This document shows, in pieces, positions 1 to 13,471 of a stretch of 64,000 bases of DNA. The position numbers and the translations under genes are program-made. The notes beneath the pieces were generated by a model. It did not search any database. It was not told the DNA's origin and saw nothing but the letters and a program-made list of their open reading frames with translations. Source of the DNA: Nemertoderma westbladi (taxonomy: Eukaryota; Animalia; Xenacoelomorpha); NCBI GenBank assembly GCA_032718475.1, contig JAUCBJ010002155.1, forward strand, positions 23,211-87,210, in the 5' to 3' direction. The stretch's first letter is position 1. Each line of letters begins with the position of its first letter.

Positions 1-86
1 TTCCTCGCGATGTGGCCACACCTCCCAACTCTTTTTTTGCCTCGAGTTACAGTGGTCGGAATTCCACTGCAGACTAGAAGCAAGTT

Positions 87-151
87 TGGCGGCGTCTCGG
101 ATTCGAACTATAATCCCATAATCTAGACCTTGCATCAGTAACCATTCGACC
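87..151 (-). mobile_element. tRNA-derived SINE head (degenerate)
   Basis: Minus strand reads TGGTCGAATGG (A box) ... GTTCGAATCC (B box) at tRNA-like spacing; no intact cloverleaf. Confidence 0.45.
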
Positions 152-3100
152 ATATGTAATAGAGTTTTATCATGAATTCGAGTCATCAGGTGTTCAGCAG
201 TTATCTCAGTCAATAGGTAGAGTCCGAGATCTGAAACTATCTTTTAAGCTTCAATTGTCGCAACTAAAGTACTTGAACTCACGCAACCTCTCCATGTTTT
301 AGCCTCGCAGTAAATCAGAGTGGAATTAGCACGATCTTCCTCCACATCTTTAGAAAAACTCTTTGCACAGATAATGAAATGTATGTGTATGTATGTATAC
401 ATTATACTGTACATTCGTTAGCAAAGTATTATACAGTAATATATCAGTATATAAATATATATAACAATATTGTTTATTTTACGAATATCACTAACCAGTG
501 TCACACTACGTTTTAAAAAATAAGAATTCTGTGTGACCCTTTATTGATTAAATATGAAGCGAGTTTGAAAGATGTCGTTCGCGACGAATACATATTAAAA
601 TCGAGTTATATTGGTGTATATCATATTGGCTATATGATAAAAGGAATTCGTTTTACCTAGAATCGTGGCTTAGATGGGAACGGACGTTAAGTCTAGCAGA
701 TGCCTTGGTCGGGGAAGCGAGCTACATAAGCTTTCGAAGTGGGAGTAAAAAAATAATGGTAATATTTGAAGAAGTTCTCAATGTGTACAAACTTGATACA
801 AATTGCCTGATAAAAAGGACACGAATAGATTCATTTCGGCGTAAAGCCTTCGTCCAAGTGGCCAATATGGACGCCCACCAACGAATCCACCACACGGGCG
901 TGAAACCTTACTCGTCCAAACATTGCGGTGAATGTTATGTGCAGGGATCAAGGAAGATATATGCAACAGACCACGTGCAGAAACAAAGCATTGGCGGTGT
1001 GACGGTGTTTATTAGCTCAATGAATAAATATTGAATAAATTTCTGACGAATAATTATAACTTTCATCTTTAATCTTGTGTTTTGATTTGTGATCTCAATG
1101 GAAAGGCGAGAAACCTTGGTACGACCAAAATGTCCCTTGTGCTATGAACAGTTTTTGGCAAGCTCAAGATGTCTGGAAACCCACATGGCATGGCGAAGAC
1201 GTTAGATTACGTAGAAGTCGCTTACGATAGAGTGTATGTTAATTTTGCAAGATAATTTTGTACGATATAAATTTTTTACGATATTAATTCAATATAAATT
1301 TTGACGATTACCAATTAATTCAATATTGCGATTCAATAATAATAAGCAAAACTAATAATTAATCAATTGAAACACGCGCGTGTTTTTCTGACTTCGGTCT
1401 TATGGAATGACGTCATTTCCTGTTCCTGTCTTACACGTTGTTAGTAATAGTACTGTATTCTATTTTGTAATCCATGCCAAAGTCGTTGACTGAGACGGTG
1501 CCAATATCGCAGTTAGCTTTGGTCCCATAGTAGTCGTGGCCCTAAAATGTAAAAATATATACAAACCAGTCAACTGTACAGTATAGTCGACTATGAGGCA
1601 GGTAATGGATATGAATCATATGACCCTTCATTCTTTCGGGTTGAATTGTCGATTTGTCATGGTAAACATACACGGAGTCACCAAACATGTGAAAAATTTG
1701 TTACCCAATTTTTTCACAGGTTCGGTGGCGCCGTGCATGCTTACCTTGGCTTGCTACCCCACAAATTCCATTTTGATAAAAAAATATACATTTCTTCACC
1801 GGACTCACACGTGTTTAGACAAGCTTGCCAGCCGAGAGCTGGCAATAATGGACGGATTCATTGCTATCAATATTGTTGTTGTCATAATTTACGAGCCTAT
1901 GCAGGGCAGCCTAATAACGAAAAACGAAACATTGGGCAAAGTAGGCCTACCGTCTGTACAATCTGTAAGTATGTACGCGCCTATGCAGGGCAGCCTCATA
2001 GACCCCTGTTCTCGGTAATATAATGTTGTCTCAGTGTGCAAGGTGTGCAGTAGTGGGTATAGCCGTATAGTGCTGGAGAACGAAACTTTTCGCTGAAGCC
2101 TTGATAACATGTGTATAAATGTAAATGTACAGTACGTACTGTTTCACAAACATATTCTATACCGGTATGTACTCGCTCGCTCACTCACATAACTACTGTA
2201 GCACTACTCATAGCTCCTTATTACCGTTTAGAACTAAATGGTTATTACAGTATATGAGAGTTGCTTAAAGTCACAGGTTGTAATAATTTACGATTATTTA
2301 CAAAACTAGGAGTACGAAACCTATACAGTTTGGTTAGATCAACACACTTACATACAGATATTTCGCGCACATGTTACATACTGAACATTGGAATATATAA
2401 ACTGTACTTAGGAACTTACGGTTATTTAGCTCAACACACTCACACGTCAGCTAGTGTTTGTGAATCTGGTATAAATTTATTCTAGTAATTTTTTGAAAAT
2501 GGATGATTGCCATTACAAATAGCTTTAATTATATTTATTTTTATGAAACAAACATTATTGATATTCTATTTATGATAGATTTAAAAATTATTCACGTCCT
2601 TCTGAACAAGTAACGTCAAAGTGGAACATTACTTGATCTTTTGTATCGTATAAAGTTATTTTCAATTTAATTTATATGAATTTGAACACAAAAATTAATG
2701 ATTAAGGATTGTAAGATGCTCTATGGTGGTTAGGACTGACAGTGTTGACATGTTGGTGTTAATTATTTGCTTATCCGCATCTCCAAGACCAGTGTTCTAA
2801 TTAATAATGCCACGCCATAATTTTGGTGCACCAAAAATAACGTACCACTATGCTTACATACTTGTATAGCACGTAGAGTGCTCCATACCAATCAGAATAA
2901 AAAAACCCACAAAACATCACTAAGGACGAACTCATAAATGACCTTATAAAATTCGAAAATTTCAAAAAAATTTGTGATGTGGACCAAATTTTGATGTGGC
3001 AACTACATCGAAAAGTATAAATCTACTTGCCACGCCGTTCTTTTCAAAATATGTGGCCATAAATTTGGCTAATTCTCAAAAAAATAAATTGGGCAGATAC

Positions 3101-3299
3101 ATAATGTGGGTTGAACAGTTTTAAAACAATTAAAAGACATGATTAATTGAATGTGGCGAGAATAATAGAAAAAACAATGGTGTAAGGACTTTCAGCCACA
3201 AAAGGTGTTATAGTGTATTGCAGACGTTTCAATAAACAATGTTTATCTTTATCAATGCAGTACTGATTAATGTTGTACGTACACTACCGGTGCATATAG

Positions 3300-3613
3300 T
3301 GGACGACACGACATATAGAATTTACATTACATTCTACAGCAATATACTGTATATGCAATTTGACAAAAATATATATCGATATTCGCACAGTAATGTACAG
3401 TATACAACAAAAATTAGACAATTGGATTTATCCAATACACAGTACTTTACATTATACTGTATAAGTAATAATATACTGTACGACAACACACATATTATTG
3501 TTACAGTAGGGGGTGAAGAACGTTGGTATCGTCAATTACGTGGTTTTGCCATGGGTAAAAATTATCCAGACAGACGTTTGATACTGTATGATTACATCAA
3601 CTCTACACTGTAG
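3300..3613 (+). pseudogene. Penelope-like reverse transcriptase fragment
   Basis: ORF 3239-3613 contains IIVTVGGEERWYRQLRGFAMGK, matching the PLE RT motif F.F....Y.Q..G.AMG; the rest is degenerate. Confidence 0.5.
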
Positions 3614-4023
3614 AGTGTACACACAACTTCAGTGAATTTGCTCCCCCTGATGTTTTTCCACCACAAATTTCATAATATTTGTTGTTGGTCTAGCCTCCGC
3701 TTTACTTCCTATTATTCTACAATATGGATTACGAACTACAGTAGGATAATATTCAGCAATCTTTCTTCGCTCTCCTTAAATATTGTGTTGAAAACGGCAG
3801 GAACATAAACCTGATATAAACCAAAAGGATCATGTATAAAAAAGCCGGATAAGAATATGTCTAAAGTTCTAAAGAAGTTTAGAAGCTCTCTGCGGCCAAT
3901 AATTATACAATGGTAAGTAAACCAGTCGAAATTATAAACCATAACAACTACTAACATCGGTGTAACTCTTCAATCCTCTCTATGCTGCTTCTGCAACAGC
4001 AGTAACGTACTGTAGTTCTATTT

Positions 4024-4160
4024 AGGTGTAGTGAATACAATGAATTCTCACATCTGTTTGGAGGTTGTGGGTTCGATCCTGCATGGTGGCCAGGGCGGTA
4101 TTCGTTTCTGCACGAATCCTTAAATGGTAGCTAAATGAGTTCTGGGGTTTCCTCTAGGAA
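4024..4160 (+). mobile_element. Truncated copy of the tRNA-derived SINE at 9722-10003
   Basis: Shares GGTGTAGTG, GTGGGTTCGATCCT, GGCCAGGGC, TTCGTTTC and GGTAGCTAAATGAGT blocks with the copy at 9722. Confidence 0.65.
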
Positions 4161-5070
4161 GACTACAGTACACTATTGTATTTACTACTATTACTATTTA
4201 TCTTTATTCACAACACATCCAAGAAAGAAAATCGTATAAAATTATTGGCTCTTTGAAGCATCTTAATAAATTTATTTCAGTACAAACTGGTCTCTATAAT
4301 ATCTTTAACATACTGTAAGTCTCCCAAATCTCTATCTGTTGTCTCCGTTCAAAGTACTTTTCTTTCTTCTTCTACATGTGACGGGATCCTGATTGGTGGG
4401 GGTTGACCTGACCTGACCGGGTTGACTTTATGACGTTCGCTACGCGTCGCCGCGTTAAGGGAATACTGACTGCCCGAAGGCTCGGTAAAATAAGAGTTTT
4501 CTGTTGCTGGTTGTTAATAGTTATTATAGGTCAGAATATTAGTTAAAATCGAGTTATATTGGTGTTGTTATTAGTTCACCGGTAAAATGATTACAGCACA
4601 ATCAGTATTAATTACGGCTGACGGTGAAAACTGTTCATCGTCCATTATGATTAAATACCATCTGAGTTGGAATGCACATGACCGTGAATATATGTAAAGG
4701 GGGAAATATATTGCCCGTAGGCTAACACGCTTATTGGCCTCCAATCGATACACTCTCATTGCCATGTGCTGCCCTCCAATTGGTCAGCTCATCACCCCTG
4801 AATCTACTTCCCTTAAGGCCCGTTCACATCCAACGGAACGGTACACCGCGCAATATAATTCTGCATATACATATAAACATAATCTACAATATTTCTGAAA
4901 ATCTTTATTTGTTAAAATTATACACTTCTTTGGGATTTAAACGAATCAGATTGCTTCATCATCAACTATAGGTCTAAATAAAATACTCCAGTTGCGCTGT
5001 CAACCAATAATACAGTACGTCAATATTACAGTGACCAGACTCCATTTATTTCTAACTGATTTCTACGGGG

Positions 5071-5125
5071 ATGAAACTTCAAATTATTTTCATCTTCTTC
5101 CAGTTAGTGGATCTTCTGATGATCG
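5071..5125 (+). CDS. Exon 1 (signal peptide) of LRR gene
   Basis: ATG at 5071 encodes MKLQIIFIFFQLVDLLMI. It is followed by a phase-1 GTAAGT donor at 5126 and joins in frame to the acceptor ttgtatttacAG at 7411-7412. Confidence 0.65.
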
Positions 5126-6984
5126 GTAAGTTTTCATTAAAATATAAATACCAAATATAATTATAATATTGTCAGGTCAGGTATTATACTGTATGTCATT
5201 GGTCAAGAAAACTTGCACCTCCATGCAGCATAAATGGTGGTGCCACATGTAGCTGCATTGACCCTCTTACTAACTAAGGACAAATCTGATCCTGCAAATA
5301 GGAACCCCTTCTAAATAAGTTATATATAATTTAATAAAATATATGATACAGTAATAAAATAATAAATTATATGATGATTTCTGTACTATTTAATTTTTTT
5401 TCAAAAAAGTTTCTAGAACAAACAAATGTGTTCTAGAACAAAAATATGTATCAAAATTGATAGCTAACACATGTTCTACTGTACCTACTGTACCACCTAC
5501 CTTAATGTGACCTGTGGGACCAGCCCATTATTAGTGAGGTCGGCATTTCTCTTTATCCTGCCGCTCTCTTTGTATTACAATAGCATACAGCTAACCAATG
5601 GCAATGGTCTACCCCCAGTGCGGGAAAGACAAGCTGGCTACCATTGAAATGAATAGGGGAAGGATAATATGGTGTGTTTGTGTTCCCATCCTAATGTCTG
5701 TCGTCTTGGCTCAGCTAAGCTTAAACAGAGCCACAGCCTACAATAGGGTCTTACCTAAATACACTTCCAGTGAGCCAAACAGTAGTGGCGGGTCAGCTCC
5801 AAAATGCCCATGTAGGATTTCTTCGAAAAAGGACCAATTGGTTGAGTTACGAGTTACAGTGAAAAAGTATTCATTATTAGATTTTGCTCTGAACAGGAGA
5901 AACAGATGGAATATATAGGTCATCTAATTAATTGTTTAAAGATTAGCAAACAATACAGTGTAATTGAATTGATGAAATCCATAAATAAAACGTGAATACA
6001 TAATGTAAAATCGGGATGCAAAATATAAATTTCTGCGCTAAGAAAGGGAAATTGGATACTTACTGTACAACTTGTCTGGATACAAGCGGTCCGTTTACCT
6101 TACAAAATGAAAAATAAACGTGCGAAATATAAAACAGTAGTGTCCTACTCGAACGGAACGGAACTGTCCGGGGGGGGGGGGGGGGGGGGGGTTGGAGAGG
6201 GAATGTCCGGAAATCGAAGCCTTTTTCTATCTGCCAACATCCTGGGCTTTACTTACACTCAGCCTCTATTCAATGGCTGTGATTGACAAGCCAACTTGCC
6301 TCAGAAGTTCCTTTCATGAATGCCGCAATTTATATTTGGCCATTTTGGTCGTTTTGGCGGCCAAAATGACCAAGTTAATGTTTATTGGGATTGGGACTGT
6401 ATAAGATCAAGGCCAACGTAATTACCAGGCCTGCTCACTACATTCTAGAATACCTCGATCAGCTGATATAAGAAGTCATACTTTTTAGCAAAATTATTAT
6501 TGTTGTAGGGTAAAATACCATTATTTAAAAGTTATGTTACTAGAGCTGACGAAAATAAATTTAATAATCTAATATATCAAATTGAATAAGAAATACAGGG
6601 CATTACGGTGCTTTGTGTCACCTTCGTATGTTAGGCTTGCAATTCGCATAATAACCCTTTCATTACTACTAAATATTTCCCCTATCACTGCCGTGTTTTA
6701 TTTAAAAAACGCGGCTTAAGTCGAATTACGATATGTAGATCGGAAAACAGATTATACTGTTCAAAAGTCTACTAATTCCTTGCAGTGGTATTGGGTCGAA
6801 GTTGTGGCGGTGCAACTTTGATGGCAAGCCGGCATAGCATTCTTCATAGTAAATTCCATGGTGGTGACAATATGCAATGTTTCTGGCATAGCATCTCAAT
6901 GTGAAGTTTCAATGTAGCAGGCCGATTAGAGTACTGTATAGTAGTGCTGTAGTTGTACATAACAGATGTCGAGTCGTCAACATG

Positions 6985-7103
6985 ATGTCGTCGCGAAATC
7001 AAAAAATATCGCGAGTAAAATTAGCTTTAGTTTTTGGAATGAAACACAAGCTACTAACGAATACAATAGCTAGTATCATACTATATAAACTAAAATATAC
7101 AGT
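6985..7103 (+). repeat. ~120-bp dispersed repeat, second copy at about 8656-8775
   Basis: atgtcgtcgcga(a/g)atcaaaaaatatcgcgagtaaaattagct...gctagtatcatact occurs in both introns of the LRR gene. Confidence 0.8.
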
Positions 7104-7412
7104 TATCATTTTATTGATCCTGTGATTCTCACAGTTTAAGAATAAAAGAGTGACTATTTATAATAATAAAGGAACAAAAGTGTCAGATGTGATAATTCGT
7201 TGACACACAATTACTGTATATTGCTATAGAGTGTTGTACACAGTAGATAACTATTAATCACTACTCGTTTGTAAAGCCTGTGATTTATTAAATTTAATTC
7301 GTAATCTCCAATAGCAACAATTAATAATTTATTCGGGGTACAATTAATTATATGATGGACACAAATGTGAAATTCAATATATGATTATTTACATTTGTAT
7401 TTGTATTTACAG

Positions 7413-8455
7413 CGAGATCTATGACATCAGAAGGAAACTTTTCCTGCAATGAAATTGGCATTTATACTGTTTGCAAATTTCAAGATGTGCCATTGGAACC
7501 GGCATGTAGGACATGGTGGGCTGGCCCCAGTCTACCACTCGCTGTCACCAATCTCACGTTTTCAATTTCCAATGATTCGGCTTATATGACAAAGCTCACA
7601 TTTCTTACAGATAATTTAATTTATTACCTTATGCGAATTACAGCAGTCCATTAATAAATCTCCTTGAATTAAACCTAAGTCACTGTTATTGGACAGAGCT
7701 TCTTGGGGAATCATTTTATGGACTTAATAAACTGGTTGACGTAAATTTCAATTACAATAATATTAGTAAGATCCCCAATTCTACCTATCAACTAGATTCA
7801 TTAAAACACCTCCAACTTCGACAAAACAAGTTTAAATCCTTAAATGACCTTAATCTACAAAAATTCCCAAATATAGAGGAAATAGACCTCAGTTACAATA
7901 GATTGAAAAACATCGAGAAAATTCCAGTAAAACTGATGAATTTAAAAACACTGAAACTTCAAGGGAACCCACTGAATGAAAAGGACATTAATACTATCAT
8001 AAGCTCTACTGATAGTGAATTACCATCACTTGAGTTACTTATAGTATCCGATAACGAAATCCATATAGATGTTTGTGAGTTGAATTTGGCATCTCGTGAT
8101 GAAAGATCTGATTGCGAATGGGTATTAAGGGAAACATCCATAAGTAACATTGAGATTTATCAATATATCGTAAAGCTTTGTTCTCAACAAGAAGATTCAC
8201 AAGACGGTTTCATTGATAAAATGGATTCAATGTCAATTCAATTCAATTACACTTGCCTTAATTCAGAACACCAGTGCAAAAAAAACCAAAACAAATGCGC
8301 TATTAGTTCGTGTTCTCATAATGGAAAGTGGTCGGATCTAAATGTCAGCACTTGTTCCGGTTCATCAGCAGTCGATAAAAAGGAAGTTTCAGGAGATGAT
8401 AGAACAATTATGGATAATAAACTAAGGCGGCTTGCGAAAAAGGACGCTGCTGGGG
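7413..8455 (+). pseudogene. Exon 2 of a secreted/cell-surface leucine-rich-repeat protein with a Sushi/CCP-like module (1-bp frameshift near 7615-7620)
   Basis: LRRs LLELNLSHC, LVDVNFNYNNISKIP, LKHLQLRQNKF, IEEIDLSYNRL and LKTLKLQGNPL; then FNYTC...C..NGKWS....C. Phase-1 donor GTAAGT at 8456. The frame changes between ORF 7421 and the frame of ORF 7903. Confidence 0.7.
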
Positions 8456-8803
8456 GTAAGTAATCGAATGATGTACCGGTACCACACCATATATACTGTA
8501 TTTGTCATATTGAAAAATATCACCTCACCAGTTAATATAATATTAATATTGGTTATTTATATAGCGCTATTCTCCGCTCGGCATACTCAAATCTCTTTTA
8601 TTATCTGCGAGATATATTTATTAAATATATCTCGCGTTTGAAAATATAATAAATAATGTCGTCGCGAGATCAAAAAATATCGCGAGTAAAATTAGCTGTA
8701 GTTTTTTGGAATGAAACATAAGCTACCAACGAATACACTAGCTAGTATCATACTGTATAAACTAAAATAAACAGTGACAAATTAAAAAAATAACATTTTA
8801 TAG

Positions 8804-9629
8804 TTAAACCTAGTTTCAATCCATCGGAAACTGGTATCCTGGCGCCCACTAAATCCGGCACACCGTCACCCGGTGAGTTTGGCACACCAACGCACGGCGA
8901 GTTCGGCACACTGACGTCTGGCGAGTTCGGTACACCAACATCCAATGTGTTCGACACACCGACACCTCCTGGCGAGTTTGGCACACTGTCTCCTGGCGAG
9001 TTCGGCACACTGACATCCAATGAGTTCGGCACACCGACACCCGGCAACCTACGTCCAGCGAGTTCGGAACACCGACGCCTGGCGAGTTCGGCACACCGAC
9101 ACCCTATGAGTTCGGCACACGGACGCCAAGTGAGTTCGGCTCATCGACACCTGGCGAGTTCGGCACACCGACATCCATTGAGTTCGGCACATCAACGCTT
9201 GGCGAGTTTGGCACACCGACGCCCGTTGAGTTCGACACACCAACGCCCTGCAAGTCCGGCACACTGACTCCTGGCCAGTTCGGCACACTGACATACAATG
9301 AGTTCGGCACACCACCACCCGGCGAGTTCGGCACACCGACGCCCGGTGAGTTCGGCACATCGCGGCCCAGCGAGTTCAGCACACCGAGGCCCGGCGAATT
9401 CGGCACACTGACTGCTGACCAGTTCGGCACACTGACATCCAATGAATTCGACACACCGACACCTCCTGGCGAGTTTGGCACACTGTCTCTTGGCGAGTTC
9501 GGCACACTGACATCCAATGAGTTCGGCATACCACAACCCGGCGATTTCGGCACACCGACGCCCGGTGAGTTCGGCACACCGATGCCTGGCGAGTTTGGCA
9601 CACCGATACCCGGCGAGTTCAGTACATAG
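8804..9629 (+). pseudogene. Exon 3 of LRR gene: mucin-like (GEFGTPTP)n stalk encoded by a ~24-bp minisatellite
   Basis: Acceptor ttttaTAG at 8801-8803 gives in-frame VKPSFNPSETGILAPTKSGTPSPGEFGT... There are about 30 diverged 24/27-bp units, one frameshift near 9045-9051 and TAG at 9627-9629. Confidence 0.6.
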
Positions 9630-9721
9630 GGGTATGTGTGAGTGTATAACCCTCCAATATCGCAAAAACTCAAGCACGTAAGTAAAGATTTTAAAAGCAA
9701 ACTCTACATTTAAGTAAGGTT

Positions 9722-10003
9722 CCACCTTGGTGTAGTGGTTGCATTGAATTCACATCTCCTGTAGGTCGTGGGTTCGATCCTCACATGGGCCAGGGCAGTT
9801 TTCGTTTCGGCAAGAATGCTTTAAAGGGACCAGCCAGGGCGCATCTCTGCCTTGCATCCTTAAGTGGTAGCTAAATGAGTACTGGAGATTCCTCTGGGGA
9901 GTAAAGTTCTGGGGGGACCGCACTGGAAATAAGTCGTCAGACTTTGTGCGTAATCCCTGGCCTAGAGGCCTCAGAAAATTTACTTTTTTACTTTACTTTT
10001 TAC
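9722..10003 (+). mobile_element. tRNA-derived SINE
   Basis: A box TGGTGTAGTGG, B box GGTTCGATCC, body with AAATGAGTACT...GGGGAGTAAAG, and a 3' (TTTAC)n tail; a second copy lies at 4024. Confidence 0.7.
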
Positions 10004-10562
10004 ATGATTTTGGTTGCGCAGACGACTATATATTTTTTGTGGCGTTTCGAACACGGGGTCACTGAAAAATAGCGGTTTTGAAAATTTAAAGTCGAATTTC
10101 ACCGATTTCAACTCGTCGAGTATGCACCAACATTTTTATTTGAGATTTTTAGTCATCTGAGCAACATATTTAGCCTCAAATATCGCCAATCTCGCACAGA
10201 ACGTCGCCAAAATTTGTTAGTCCGGCAAAAAATCCCACAAATTCGTCTAAAATAATAAATTATTCGTTGCAGGATAATATGATTCACCTAGAAAAGCCAG
10301 CAAGCAATAAGAATACCGTTCATAGTCAAACATACAGTAGTATCGTTTGGTCCCTCCCCATTCATTATTGTTAACCTATAACACATTTGAACGGACCAGT
10401 AGTGCTAAAAATTCAATCAGCTGTCTCCCACCTAACATAGCAGTTTTCATTTTCGCTCACTCAGGGTACTGGTTTGAGGGGCAGGTTCGTTTAAAGCCAG
10501 CTTGCTGGCTTATTGTTATTTCACAAAAAATTATGCTTTGATAGGAATTTAGTTGAGGAGTT

Positions 10563-11480
10563 TGTTGGTTCTAGTCCAGGGAGCGGCTGGTGGTTGGTTC
10601 ATCGTTTGAAGGTAATTAATCTCTATGGCGGAAATAATATGGGTGATACGAGTCATGGTAAAGGGATAACAACATGACTTAATGTAAATCGATACATCAA
10701 TAATATGAGTGATACGAGTCATGGTAAAGGTATATCATGTATCATGTACTATTTTAACATTATTCAATAAGTAGAACAAATGTGATCCTTTCAATTGGAA
10801 GTAACATTGAGTAATTAATTTTAGTATACCGTAAAAGTTGGTGAAGGGCGTCACTTTTGGCTTTAGTTAGTGCAGTACCAGGTGTTTACTTTAACACAAA
10901 TATGAGTTGTCCTTGTATATTTGGGTTTTATATTAAAGGTCATTGTTATTCTTATATTACAAGCAATCAAGACATTATGAAATAGACTAAAACAATTCAT
11001 TTTCCAATACAATTTTGGATTTAAACAAGAAACCCATTACATTTGGCGCCCGATAAAAAACTCTTATCATGTAATAGTGTTAAATTATTAATTGTATACT
11101 GCGCACACATCAAACAATGTCGGATGCTGAGGAGTTATCCCGAAAAATTCGCTCAAGAGGCGGCGTTTGAGCCGCAGCAACAATCGCACTCAAAGACTCT
11201 GATGATGTCGAGTCTTTCAATATCGGGAGAAAAATGTCTCAGCTGTCAACCTAACAAGGCTATGTCAATCGACTGGACGAAATGGACATTGCAATTTGGT
11301 CAACTATGGACGAAGAAGATAATCAACCCGACACGCAACAATCATTAACGTACAAGGTTAGACTGACAAACGCAATAACTAAATTACTAACTGTTACTAT
11401 CAGAAACAACTTTATCAGAAACTGAAACTAGAGTAGAACAAGATACCAGTGGTGCTGAATTTGAATTACCCTCTCATGCT
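10563..11480 (+). mobile_element. Truncated BEL/Pao-like LTR retrotransposon (5' LTR, PBS, gag N-terminus)
   Basis: ...CCATTACA(11041) is followed by the PBS-like TGGCGCCCGA at 11044. From ATG 11117 the read is MSDAEELSRKIRSRGGV*AAAT...RLDEMDIAIWSTMDEED..Y, a typical BEL gag N-terminal coiled coil with stops. The LTR start (TGTTGG at 10563) is a guess. Confidence 0.5.
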
Positions 11481-11496
11481 CATAGAAGTAGTTTTT

Positions 11497-11718
11497 ATGC
11501 TAATAGTAGTAATTATGCTAATAGTAGTAATTATGCTAATAGTAGTAATTATGCTAATAGTAGTAATTATGCTAATAGTAGTAATTATGATAATAGTAGT
11601 AATTATGCTAATAGTAGTAATTATGCTAATAGTAGTAATTATGCTAATAGTAGTAATTATGCTAATAGTAGTAATTATGCTAATAGTAGTAATTATGCTA
11701 ATAGTAGTAATTATGCTA
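11497..11718. repeat. 18-bp tandem repeat (ATGCTAATAGTAGTAATT) x ~12
   Basis: Near-perfect tandem units; this explains the spurious ORFs 11449-11748 and 11466-11744. Confidence 0.95.
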
Positions 11719-12113
11719 GATCTACCGTGGCTGATTGTGGCCACTTAATTTCAGTTTTTTCATATTTGTCACCCGGGTGACAATTATTTATCACCCGGGT
11801 GACAATTATTTGTCACCCGGGTGACAATAATTTATCACCCGGGTGACAATTATTTATCACCCGGGTGACAATTATTTATCACCCGGGTGACAATTATTTA
11901 TCATCCGGGTGACAATTATTTATCACCCGGGTGACAATTATTTATCACCCGGGTGACAATTATTTATCACCCGGGTGACAATTATTTATCACCCGAGTGA
12001 CAAGTACTGGTGTTTTTCAGCAATCTATCTTTATCCCTACAGTATCATTATTTCCTTGCAGTGTCTGATCTGTCTGTCTGTATATTCAAGTGGTACAGTA
12101 TTTCTTATTCATC

Positions 12114-12680
12114 ATGAGTCTAATTGATAACGTTATTGAACGGTATTTCTGGTTGGGATTTAACTACAGTGAAATAGCACATCTTGTATATTGTCAAAAA
12201 GGCATAAATATTTCTTCACGAACGATTCGACGTAGGTTGAATTCGTCAGGTCATACACGGATTTTAGTTAGATCCATTCGATTTTGATGCTATTGTTAGT
12301 GTTCTTGAAGTAGAATCCTTCAATCGGAAAACAGCGGGCTATAGACAATTGCAACGCATTCTGATGGATGACTACCATCTGTTTGCACCGCGAAAGGTAG
12401 TTGCATTAATATTGAAAATTGTAGACGTAACTGGTAGAATATCTTGAATCGGAAATAATCTTTTCGAAGGGGCCTAATTTTTTATTGCACATTGATGGTT
12501 GGGATAAACTGAAACCATTTGGATTGACAGTGCACGGATCTGTGGATGGATATAGTCGAAAGATTGTTTGAAGCGTCGTTGTTAGAAGCCTCACATTGTT
12601 AGAAGCGATAAAGGCACCGAAAATGTTAACGTCGAAGCAATACATCGATATTTCAGATCCTTCAATGATGACCAATTATT
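12114..12680 (+). pseudogene. IS3EU transposase remnant (HTH plus integrase-like core)
   Basis: MSLIDNVIERYFWLGFNYSEIAHL...ISSRTIRRRL followed by GPNFLLHIDGWDKLKPFGLTVHGSVDGYSRK; frameshifts and stops. Confidence 0.8.
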
Positions 12681-13177
12681 ACAGAAGTGCTCAGTATTTA
12701 TTTTTTATTTATTTATTTATCAATGCTCAGTAAGTATTTATAAAAAAAATTTAAGTGAATTAAAAGTTAAATACGTACATTTGGGTTTAATTTATAGTCA
12801 TAAATGACATCACTGTCATAAGGGGGGCGGGGTGTGGGGGGGGGGGGGGGTGGTTGTATCCTCTGACATATTCTCATAACTGAGCCTCGTGCTGCGCGAA
12901 GGACCCACAAATGTTTTTAAACTGTAACCGGGTATCTTTTACCTGATATTATAACACTGTTTTTAAACAATATAAGCAATAATTCCGTTTAAAATAACAG
13001 TTATTTATATGACAAATTAATAAAATTACGAACAAACAATCACGAAAACTGACCGATATTACAAAGAAAAATATTTATTGATGAATTAAAAATTATAATC
13101 TAATCATGTATATAAGTGTAGAGGTACAGTGTTCTCTAAACAGTTATGTTGTCTAAACTAACAGTAATACAGTATTC

Positions 13178-13471
13178 TCAAGGCAATGCAAACCCCAATG
13201 TATTCAACATATCCCCCATGAGACGGTCACAGAATACTTTGCTGGGCCCCAACAAATAACGGCCATTTATCGGAAAATGAATTGTTAACGCACATGTGTC
13301 CGCATGTACACGTCTTGCGCAATCTGATGTACGGTAAAATTCTAACTTTCCTTCACCTTAAAAAATAGGAAACCGAGACCCCGAACCGAACTGAAGCACA
13401 ACACCCAAAGTAAGTGTGATTGAATTAATCCCTCCTTTGAGCAAGTCATTGACATCGGCTTTCATCGACAT
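13178..13471 (-). pseudogene. HECT E3-ligase C-lobe remnant inside the IS3EU element
   Basis: Manual translation: TLGVVLQFGSGSRFPIF*GEGKLEFYRTSDCARRVHADTCALTIHFPINGRYLLGPSKVFCDRLMGDMLNTLGFALP*. This matches the HECT C-lobe pattern L.F.TG...P....F....a.TC...l.lP....F....GF. Confidence 0.6.

Noticed and set aside
160-192. Second hammerhead (CTGATGA on the minus strand); also CTGATGA at about 5116 and 11199
   Set aside because: No stem II plus GAAA and no closing stems.
705-2485. Several short ORFs as genes
   Set aside because: No recognisable motifs or splice structure.
2790-3180. hAT-like MITE (CAGTGTT...)
   Set aside because: TIR match is weak and no TSD was found.
8748-9725. Minus-strand repeat ORFs (PNSPGVGV and similar)
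   Set aside because: Antisense shadows of the plus-strand repeat exon, which has the splice-site support.
9722-9800. Functional tRNA gene
   Set aside because: A and B boxes are present but there is no convincing cloverleaf; it continues into a SINE body and tail.
11449-11748. Hydrophobic (MLIVVI)n ORF
   Set aside because: Product of an 18-bp tandem repeat.
11765-12002. CRISPR-like array of palindromic repeats (also 13545-13936)
   Set aside because: Units are contiguous with no unique spacers, there are no cas genes, and they form the subterminal arrays of a TSD-flanked transposon.
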